From: Pecten maximus
Taxonomy: Eukaryota
Assembly: GCF_902652985.1 (NCBI RefSeq)
Contig: NC_047022.1
Location: 45,198,001 to 45,262,000 of the forward strand
DNA: 64,000 nt
Direction of reading: 5' to 3'
The notes under the pieces were generated by a model, which did no database searches, was not told the origin of the DNA, and saw nothing but the letters and a program-made list of their open reading frames with translations. Shown here in pieces: positions 39,980 through 51,200 of the stretch. The translations under genes were made by a program, and so were the position numbers. The stretch's first letter is position 1, and each line of letters opens with the position of its first letter.

Positions 39980-40425
39980 TGACATACATCAGATGTAAAG
40001 TACTATATAGATCTTCTCCAATGACATCCATCAGATGTTAGGTGGATCATCCTCAATGACATCCATCAGATGTTATGTACGAGATGGATTTTCCCCAATA
40101 ACGTCCATCAGATGTTATGTACGAGGTGGATTTTTCACAATAACATCCATCAGATGTTATGTACGAGGTGGATTTTTCCCAATAACATCCATCAGATGTT
40201 ATGTACGAGGTGGATTTTTCACAATAACATCCATCAGATGTTATGTACGAGGTGGATTTTTCACAATAACATCCATCAGATGTTAGGTGGATCATCTCCA
40301 ATGACATCCATCAGATGTTATGTACGAGGTGGATTTTTCACAATAACATCCATCAGATGTTATGTACGAGGTGGATTTTTCCCAATAACATCCATCAGAT
40401 GTTAGGTGGATCTTCTCCAATGACT
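39980..40425. repeat. ~39-bp minisatellite
   Basis: Repeated AACATCCATCAGATGTTATGTACGAGGTGGAT. Confidence 0.9.
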
Positions 40426-41387
40426 TACGTTTTTAGTACTATTCGGTTGTTAGGTAAGAATAACACTACTTTAAACACACGACATGAGTAGATAGACAAC
40501 AGAAAGTTCACAAGCAGTACTTTGATATACAATAACCCAACAGGAATGAAGATATATTTAAGTAGGTTAGGGACAACTACTGACACAATCAAAAACACCA
40601 ATTGTATGACATATTTTCACAAACGCCCGTATTCCAAACACATAAACGCCCCGAAACCCTTTGGCTTTCAACCACAACTGGAAATAAGTTTATCAATATT
40701 TTGAAGAAGTACACCGACGACAACTATAGTATCATTCTCATGAATGTTCATATCATTCTGAGGTTTCTTTATACTATGGCGAGAAGCACATTTAGCTTGT
40801 TTATCATAAAATGACTATAAAATGATCCCATTAAAGTTAAGGGCAAGATTAATGTCCAAGTCTAATAACCCGGATGTGACCTAATACTGTATCACAACTG
40901 AAAGGTTTATAAGTCTCTGTATCATATAATGAACAATATATGGAATCACTACTTTTCAGCTTTCGTAACCGAAATATATATAACTGAAAGAGTCTGCATT
41001 TAGGAGGTCAAGAGGTCAAAAAGTAAGTGTGAGACTTAGATCGGGTAAATCAGTAGATCACATACCTGAATCAAAAGTATTTAAAGTTTAGATAAAGCGA
41101 CAACAGCTATCAGGTTTATAGGAATGAGAATTTGTCTTTAAAAATGTCACACTGCTATCCCCAACGTATAACCATAACGTTAAAAAAAGTTTATGGAATT
41201 TGGAATTTTGCGAATTTTTCAAAAACGTTGATTTAAATCTGGTAAAATTGTATCCATATCAGAGACGTATGTACTAGAACTATTTATTATATATAGGTAT
41301 CTGTCTACACTGTTCGTTGGCTGAAACAGCTCTGTCTAAACGTTGGTTGACTGGATACTACCATACAATCCTGTATAGCTAGACTGT

Positions 41388-44300
41388 TTAGTAGTAATCC
41401 TCAAACGGCATGTTGCCGTGCCTGTTGTGTTGGTGAGTAACACCGTACACCTTGTCTCTCTGTAAATGTCCAAATACAGAATACACTGGCTTTCTATATT
41501 GCGACGTCATGAAGTTGGAGAACGGGTATAGATTTTCTTCACGTGGAAGTGACAGACGGTTGATACCACGTGCGCGCGTGGCCTCGGTGGGGGGTCTGCC
41601 CTGGGTAAGGTATTTTGGCGACACTGGCCAATCCTTGGCGTCCTTGGTCCACCGACTGACAGCCGACGTACCCACATTGTACTGCCAGGGCTGACTGCAC
41701 GGCTCGTGCCTATCCGAGCGTTTGGGAAGCTCCCGGCGTTGGAGTGTCGGGTAGCCGTTGTCGTACCATTTGTCGGTCCAATGCTGAGGAAGAAACGAGT
41801 GTATGAAATTAAGAAATCTCATACATTCACGAAGGCGCCTAGTAAAGGAAGTCACTCATTGCCTCTACTACAAGTGTGTATAACTTAACATGTAAAACCC
41901 TACAGAGCTAAACCTGAGTGCATGAGAGCAGCTGTACGATATTTCCAAGTAATGATGTCTAATGTCAGATTCCACACTTTCTTTTAGTTTGTACATAATG
42001 ATTTCTCCCTTTTAAGTTTGTACATAATGATTTAGGTGGACATACCTGGTAAGTAATTTCTTCCTTTTAAGTTTGAACTTAATGATTTTGGTGGACCTTT
42101 AGTTTGTACATAATGATTTAAATGGACATATCTGGTGAGAAACTCTTTCTCCTTTTTAGTTTGTACATAATGATTTAGGCGGACATAACTGGTAAGAAAC
42201 TATCTCCCTTTTAGTTTGTACATAATGATTTAGGCGGACATACCTGGTAAGATAATGATTTATGCGGACATACCTGGTAAGATAATTATTAAGGTAGACA
42301 TACCTGGTAAGATAATGATTTATGTAGACATACCTGGTAAGATAATGATTTAGGTAGACATACCTGGTAAGATAATGATTTAGGGGGACATACCTGGTAA
42401 GATAATGATTTAGGTAGACATACCTGGTAAGGTAATGACTTAGGTAGACATACCTGGTAAGATAATGATTTAGGTAGACATATCTGGTAAGGTAATGATT
42501 TAGGGGGACATACCTGGTAAGATAATGATTTATGTGGACATACCTGGTAAGATAATGATTTAGGTAGACATACCTGGTAAGATAATGATTTAGGTAGACA
42601 TACCTGGTAAGGTAATGATTGAGGTAGACATACCTGGTAAGATAATTATTAAGGTAGACATACCTGGTAAGATAATGATTTAGGGGGACATACCTGGTAA
42701 GATAATGATTTATGTGGACATACCTGGTAAGATAATGATTTCGGAAGACATACCTGGTAAGATAATGATTTAGGAGGACATACCTGGTAAGGTAATGATT
42801 GAGGAGGACATACCTGGTAAGATAATTATTAAGGTGGACATACCTGGTAAGATAATTATTAAGGTGGACATACCTGGTAAGATAATTATTAAGGTGGACA
42901 TACCTGGTAAGATAATTATTAAGGTAGACATACCTGGTAAGATAATGATTTAGGGGGACATACCTGGTAAGATAATGATTTATGTGGACATACCTGGTAA
43001 GATAATGATTTAGGTAGACATACCTGGTAAGATAATGATTTAGGGGGACATACCTGGTAAGATAATCATTAAGGTGGACATACCTGGTAAGATAATGATT
43101 TATGTAGACATACCTGGTAAGATAATGATTTATGTAGACATACCTGGTAAGATAATTATTAAGGTAGACATACCTGGTAAGATAATGATTTAGGGGGACA
43201 TACCTGGTAAGATAATCATTAAGGTGGACATACCTGGTAAGATAATGATTTATGTAGACATACCTGGTAAGATAATGATTTATGTAGACATACCTGGTAA
43301 GATAATTATTAAGGTAGACATACCTGGTAAGATAATGATTTAGGAGGACATACCTGGTAAGATAATGATTTATGTAGACATACCTGGTAAGATAATGATT
43401 TAGGTAGACATACCTGGTAAGATAATGATTTAGGAGGACATACCTGGTAAGATAATGATTTAGGAGGACATACCTGGTAAGATAATGATTTAGGAGGACA
43501 TACCTGGTAAGATAATGATTTAGGTAGACATACCTGGTAAGGTAATGACTTAGGTGGACATACCTGGTAAGATAATCATTAAGGTAGACATACCTGGTAA
43601 GATAATAATTAAGGTAGACATACCTGGTAAGATAATGATTTATGTAGACATACCAGGTAAGATAATGATTTAGGGGGACATACCTGGTAAGATAATGATT
43701 TAGGGGGACATACCTGGTAAGATAATGATTTATGTAGACATACCTGGTAAGATAATGATTTATGTAGACATACCTGGTAAGATAATGATTTAGGAGGACA
43801 TACCTGGTAAGATAATCATTAAGGTAGACATACCTGGTAAGATAATGATTTATGTAGACATACCTGGTAAGATAATGATTAAGGTAGACATACCTGGTAA
43901 GATAATGATTTAGGAGGACATACCTGGTAAGATAATCATTAAGGTAGACATACCTGGTAAGATAATGATTTATGTAGACATACCTGGTAAGATAATGATT
44001 TATGTGGACATACCTGTAAGATAATGATTTATGTAGACATACCAGGTAAGATAATGATTTAGGTAGACATACCTGGTAAGGTAATGATTTAGGGGGACAT
44101 ACCTGGTAAGATAATGATTTAGGGGGACATACCTGGTAAGATAATGATTTAGGTAGACATACCTGGTAAGATAATGATTTATGTAGACATACCTGGTAAG
44201 ATAATGATTTATGTAGACATACCTGGTAAGATAATGATTAAGGTAGACATACCTGGTAAGATAATGATTTAGGAGCACATACCTGGTAAGATAATCATTA

Positions 44301-47300
44301 AGGTAGACATACCTGGTAAGATAATCATTAAGGTAGACATACCTGGTAAGATAATCATTAAGGTAGACATACCTGGTAAGAAACTCTCTCTCTTTTTAGC
44401 GTTGTGTATTTATCTGGACTATCTCTCCTACAATAGAAAATCCATCATGTAATTAGTTACTTCTCAGTCAATGTCAGTATCTCTGGCATTGTGTACCTCG
44501 ATTATAAAATCATCTGAGTTATAACGTCAATGAATCAGACGGTGACTACGACATTACTTAATAGATGGGGGAAGGAAAGTAATTAGCTGTAGGAATGCCA
44601 GTTACAAGTTGGGAAACCTAAAGGAAGGTCTCCACTCGGCAACATGGATGACAAACTGACACAGTACTGGTGGGACAAACTGACACAGTACTGGTGGGAC
44701 AATCTGACGCAGTACTGGTGGGACAAACTGACGCAGTACTGGTGGGACTAACTGACGCAGTACTGGCGGGACAAACTGACGCAGTACTGGCGGGACAAAC
44801 TGACGCAGTACTGGCGGGACAAACTGACGCAGTACTGGCGGGACAAACTGACGCAGTACTGGTGGGACAAACTGACGCAGTACTGGCGGGACAAACTGAC
44901 GCAGTACTGGTGGGACAAACTGACGCAGTACTGGCGGGACAAACTGACGCAGTACTGGCGGGACAAACTGACGCAGTACTGGCGGGACAAACTGACGCAG
45001 TACTGGCGGGACAAACTGACGCAGTACTGGCGGGACAAACTGACACAGTACCGGTGGGACAAACTGACACAGTACCGGTGGGACAAACTGACGCAGTACC
45101 GGTGGGACAAACTGACACAGTACCGGTGGGACAAACTGACACAGTACTGGTGGGACAAACTGACACAGTACTGGCGGGACAAACTGACGCAGTACTGGTG
45201 GGACAAACTGACACAGTACTGGTGAGACAAACTGACACAGTACCGGTGGGACAAACTGACGCAGTACTGGTGAGACAAACTGACACAGTACCGGTGGGAC
45301 AAACTGACGCAGTACTGGCGGGACAAACTGACGCAGTACTGGTGGGACAAACTGACACAGTACTGTTGGGACAAACTGACGCAGTACTGGTGGGACAAAC
45401 TGACACAGTACTGGTGAGACAAACTGACACACTTCTAGACATGGAAGAAGGTTATACGACAGCGGGCCTTTGGGAGATATTTCCTCCTCCATCATGAAAA
45501 TTTCCGTCAGACATTAAGCTTGTGTCCAGTAGGTGTCTGTGGTTCATCTGTAGTTATGTGAAGCTGTGAGGAAACTGTGAGGAAAGGTGTGAGGAAGTAA
45601 GACAAAACGAGCATGTGATACGATACTGCTATATAGAAGAGAGATGGCAGAAATGAAAGCTCATGGAGGTTGGGGAGTTCTGAGTCAGTCTGAAGGGTCA
45701 TTGGAATGAACCATTTAGCCATGTATAACACTGAACAGATATCTAAAGGACTTTTGGGCAACAAGTAGTATTTGTATAATGATAGTTTTTGTCCTGTTAA
45801 AGTCCAAGACTAGAAAACAATAGAAACCTATTACAAATGCATCTACTACATAAACTGATCTATTCCTCGAGCTCCGTTTGCTCCAAAATTGTAGAATATA
45901 AAAAACAAACAAACAATCTAAACGGCTGTAAAATCTTGGCATTTTACAAAATATTTGTTTTTAGCTTCACCGGTTATGAGTAAGCGGGAGCTAATGCTGT
46001 ACCCCCGGCGTCGGACCCCACTTTAAGTTTTTGGAAAGCTTAGCTTGTAAGTCTAAAAGTATACACCTCACAACCTTCTAACTGTGTTCATAAATTCATT
46101 AGAGGTATGGGAGTGATGTTATGGCAAAATCACACAGAAAACAAATTGAGATTTTTTTTCGCATTTTACCGTTTTGTGGACTTGTAGCACCAAACTCACT
46201 TTAAAGTTTTTCGGGGTAAGTATAAAAGTAAACACCTCACCCTTAATCTAATGTGGTTATTCATTCAGTAGAGGTCTAGGAGTGATTTATATCAAAATCA
46301 CGCAGAATTTTTCTTCCATTTTACCATTTAAAGGAATTATTTTTTTGGTACCTAAACCCACTTTGAAGGTTTGGGGTTAGTTTTTGGAAAGCTTGTAACG
46401 GTCCAAAAGTATACATCTGACACCCTTCTTATCTGGTTTATACATGTATTCATTAGAGGTCTAGGAGTGATATCATTTGTGAAGCACAATTTCAAAATGA
46501 CATACTTATACATGCATAAAAAATGAGTGCATAGTGTGATCGCTGCTGCCGGTGAGCTTCTCAATCACTGATTGCACTTGCAGTTTTACGTCTTTGTAAC
46601 ACCCATGTCAAACGTGACGAACTAAATTACTCTTCTTATTTTGTGCACATGTTTATGTGTGTGAAAGCCTGAGGAGACCTTGCTGGTACTATAGGGTTTT
46701 CCCCAACTCCTGGAAACCTCAGGCTTCCCTTTCTTTCTGTATTACTAAACTGATTCAAAATGTATTTACTTCTCTCTTCATCTTTATAATCAACTGACGT
46801 ATGTATGTGCATTTATAGTTGTCAATTAATCATATTCGATTTGTATTTGTGACTACAATGTCCATTCTTGTAACGCTTCAATTTTGGGAAAATAAAGAAA
46901 TAAAAGTACTGAAAAGCTAGGCAAGCCAGGGCAACAACAGTTTTATTATGCTGTTCCATCGAAATGAGGTGATGTCAGTTATAAGTTATTTGGAATTAAG
47001 AAAGCAAAAAAGATATTACACACGAAGATACATGTACACACACATGTATCATAAATTAGGATACTGCGTGAGTTGACAACAGCTTTTTTTTATTACGCTG
47101 ATCACCAGCATGAAACTCTGACAGTTATCACAATTATGAGATGAGAGAGGGCAGAGGAAGAGACATTGGCGTCGCCCGGGAAACTAAAACCTTGAAATAC
47201 TATATCGACCCTCCACCATAAAATTATCCCCGAAGATGTCAACCACAGAAGAAAGTGTCACTCTGGCTTCTCACACATTTTGGCATGTCTTATATTTGAC

Positions 47301-47691
47301 AATACGATGTAAACAAGAAACGTAACTCGTACTGGTTGACGTCAGTGTATGTGTATGTACGATCGATTTTTATTAGATCATCTAATAAATTGACATTTTA
47401 TTATATCATTGCATATACGTGTCAAACCTTTGTATACATAATCATTACACATTATAAGTTATATACAATTAAGTAAAAGTAATAACAAATACACCTGACG
47501 ACTACAGTATACTGTATATACATATATATATTGTACATGTCTATGTCTACATATAGAATACAAACGCGTAAAATTACTTTGACTCACCTGAACATCTCCT
47601 GTGAGCTCGGGTACCTCGGCACGGTGGGCGGATAGTTGACATGGTAGGGAGCTTTCGCCTGATGGCCGTTGAAAAACAAAGTATCCCCCAT
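41388..47691 (-). CDS. Uncharacterised 184-aa Pro/Tyr/Arg-rich protein, possibly ciliary/flagellar
   Basis: Exons 47691-47588 (MGDTLFFNGHQAKAPYHVNYPP..., phase 2, GTGAGT), 44427-44373 (RDSPDKYTTLKRERVSYQ, GTATGT) and 41783-41388. Total 555 nt, open. Confidence 0.7.
41975..44380. repeat. 30-bp satellite containing the exon-2 splice donor
   Basis: Unit GACATACCTGGTAAGATAATGATTTAGGTA; minus strand reads TCTTACCAG|GTATGTC. Confidence 0.97.
44650..45431. repeat. 24-bp minisatellite (GACAAACTGACGCAGTACTGGCGG)
   Basis: Tandem array; open in several frames. Confidence 0.97.
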
Positions 47692-47955
47692 TTCTTTCCG
47701 GTGTATCAATAAGTCTATGTGTCAGCCCAGTTGCCACCCCTGCGTGTGTCGCTTATATCATTACAAACAGCAGGTGCCCGTTACAAATGGCTAGTCGGTT
47801 AGAAGGGTAACTTCTCCTTAACAACGTAAAAACATATTTAATTGTTTTCAAATAATTATATGTAGGTAAAAATACGCTTTAATACGTGATGCATATGTAA
47901 AATAATGAAAACGTAATACACTTACCAAACGGTAACTAAGGATCAATTTACTAAC

Positions 47956-47970
47956 GTTGCTAAGGGAAAC
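47956..47970. promoter_or_regulatory. RFX X-box-like site in a bidirectional promoter
   Basis: GTTGCTAAGGGAAAC, imperfect palindrome resembling GTTGCCATGGCAAC, roughly midway between ATGs at 47691 (-) and 48224 (+). Confidence 0.5.
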
Positions 47971-48223
47971 AGAGACAGTTATCCGCCTTTCGTGCTAACT
48001 TGTACTAGGTTGGGGTGTCAACGATAAATGATTATAAATAACGAATAATTAATTGATAAATCACACATTAAAACACGAGTGAATCGTGGATAATTACGTT
48101 ATGTCAGTAGTAAATCACTAAATGTCGACTGTTATTGTGTGAAGAACGTAAGCGACCTCAGTGCGTACCCGTGATGGCTTCCACTACCCAGTTTCTGTCA
48201 ATACCAGCCAGTCAGCCTAAGCA

Positions 48224-51200
48224 ATGGTAAGTCTGTGGTCATATGTATACCTATGTAAATATCTGGTTTTATGCTTAGAAACCAACTTGATTTATTTGTA
48301 GGGAAAAATGTAAAAAAAATCAATTATGACCGAACACTAAATCGATTTGTACTGCATATGAGTAAGGTTACATTGTAAATATACCTGACAAGAGACAAAT
48401 AATAATAATAATATCAAGCACGCATCAGGATAAGTAAGAGGAATGGAGACATAAGATTATAATGTTAATAGACATTATTTTAAACAAAACATTTGTACGA
48501 GTTACTGTGACAAATGCACTCTAACCTTTGAGATCTGTCACAGTTTACAGAAGAGTTACTTGTACAGGAATATTATTATATTTATTCTAATTTCATATTG
48601 TGAATAAAATATGAATAAAACAAATGTCTATACCGTCTAGATCTGCTTACCTCCCAACAGATTTAATTCGCTATTTTGTAACCCTGGTAAATACTAGCCG
48701 CAATATACCGCTCAGCTAGAGAGATCTTCTCTTTAGCTCGATCGGTTGAGCGGGAGACTAGTAAGCCAGTGGTCCCGGGTTCGATCCTTAACGGAGGCAG
48801 TGATTTAAATTTATATAATTCCTGTGCTCTGTTACAATGGCGCCCATGTAGGGACCCGGGAAAAATACTCAGGAATGCTCCACAAGCATCGCTGTTACCC
48901 CTGGAAACTCGAGGACAAGTTCTTTCCTTGAGGGGGAGTATGTAACCCTGGTAAATACTAGCTGCAATATACCGCTCGGCTAGAGAGATCTTCTCTTTAG
49001 CTCGATCGGTTGAGCGTAAGACTAGTAAGCGAGAGGTCCCGGGTTCGATCCCTAGCGGAGGCAGTGATTTAAATTTATATAATTCCTGCGCTCTGTTACA
49101 ATTTTATTAGTTGCACCATGGAGTCTTAAAATTTCAATACGGAATAGTGACATACATTTATATGAAAGTTGTATGTAGTGATACAGTCGCCTTCAAGCTT
49201 CGTGCTAGGGGGAATTTCCCTTTAGCCCCGTCAGTAGAGTGGCGGACGAGTAAGCCTAGGTCGTGGGTTCAAACCCCAGAGGAGGCACACTACTTGCTTT
49301 CCTGTTAAACGTTGGTGTTATTGACCACTCCATGTGGATGCTATAGGAGGTTAACATTTGGTGCCATTGACCACTCCATGTGGATGCTATAGGAGAATGA
49401 GAGGCTTCACTGGAGATAATACCTGGGTTATATTAACTAATGAGTGTTCAGGGACAACAGTCATTTGTAAAGAGGGGAGTAGTATGGCAGATTTAAAATG
49501 TAAAATAGTGTTCATAGTGATGTGGTAGCTGTCCTCATTTCTCGCTAGGAGGAATTGCCCTGTAGCTCATGCCATAAAGTGTCTGACCAGAAAGTTGAGG
49601 GTCGCGGGTTTGCATCCTGATTGAGGCAAACAACACGCTTTCCTGTTACATTTGGTGCCATTGACCAGTACAAGTGGAGGCTATATGAGAATGAGAGGCT
49701 TTGATAGAGAGAATGAGAGGCTTTGATAGATAACTAACCTGAGTTGATGAGTGTTCGAGGGCAAACACATCTGAAAAGGGTGGAGTAGAGTGGCGGGCTT
49801 TGTGTACACTGTGCATAGTGATATGGTCTACAGCTTTTCACTAGCTCAGTAGAGTGGCGGACCAGTAATATTTAATAAAGCAACATGTACAGTTAACATT
49901 ACGTAGTTATGTACACATCCTGTTCGTATTTATTAGTCCCTGGCTGTGCTGAAGCCCTGTCTGTAGAAACTTGTAAATATATATATTTGTATTGGGTCCC
50001 CCTCATGTGAGAAGATATATATACATATTATGTTTGTCAATTAGTAAATCCAGGTGTAAACAGGAACAATAGGCATGTAGTCACTCCCACGGTAAGACCC
50101 CTCATGTTTACTCCAACATTAAGACCCCTCATGTTTACTCCAACATTAAGACCCCTCATGTTTACTCCAACATTAAGACCCCTCGTGTTTACTCCCACGG
50201 TAAGACACCTCGTGTTTACTCCCACGGTATGACCCCTCGTGTTTACTCCCACGGTAAGACCCCTCGTGTTTACTCCCACGGTAAGACCCCTCGTGTTTAC
50301 TCCCACAGTAAGACCCCTCATGTTTACTCCCACGGTAAGACCCCTCGTGTTTACTCCCACGGTAAGACCCCTCGTGTTTACTCCCACGGTAAGACCCCCG
50401 GTGTTTACTCCCACGGTAAGACCCCTCGTGTTTACTCCCAAGGTAAGACCCCTCGTGTTTACTCCCACAGTAAGACACCTCGTGTTTACTCCCACGGTAA
50501 GACCCCTCGTGTTTACTCCCAAGGTAAGACCCCTCGTGTTTACTCCCAAGGTAAGACCCCTCGTGTTTACTCCCACGGTAAGACCCCTCGTGTTTACTCC
50601 CACGGTAAGACCCCTCGTGTTTCTCCCACGGTAAGACCCCTCGTGTTAACTTCCATCGTGAAACCCCTCGGGCACTTTCATCGGGGTCAGCAAGAGAAAT
50701 TTATAGAAGTTTATATAACCTGTTTCATAACTTTATTTTATTGAAAAAATGTTAAATGTGAAAACAAAATCAGAATTGAGATATAAAGTCATATTCATGG
50801 TACCAATAAATAGTGTCTAGAATGCAATGACTTTCCATCTCAGTTCTAATAGAGAAAATAATATCTGATAGTCTTAAAGCGTCACCTGATCACAGCATAA
50901 AACCTATAAAAATATATGGTATCAACACCAAATAGTCTTCAATTTTCTCTATTCTGACATTCTTGAACTTCAAAGAGAAAAGAAAAAAGTGTAAAATACC
51001 CACTAAAATATAATGATGTTATTGTTAGTGACGATGTTGTTGACTGATGATTTGCCTTATATTTTTTATTAGGCAGGCTGATCTCTACTCCTGGAAGAGG
51101 TACCACTCCAGTAGTCCAGATATAGCACATGTGAGTCATTGCAATTTTGTATGTATAACATCACATGAAAAAATGTCAAAAAAAAAAAAAAAAAATGCAA

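Noticed and set aside
44602-45497. Four overlapping repeat ORFs
   Set aside because: 24-bp intronic minisatellite, open in several frames.
45440-45560. Possible extra exon of the 184-aa gene
   Set aside because: No acceptor/donor pair giving an open, phase-compatible exon with a credible donor.
48728-48800. Functional tRNA gene
   Set aside because: Embedded in paired LTRs; the two copies differ in stem positions and the acceptor stem is imperfect.
50037-50744. Repeat ORFs
   Set aside because: 27-bp intronic minisatellite.
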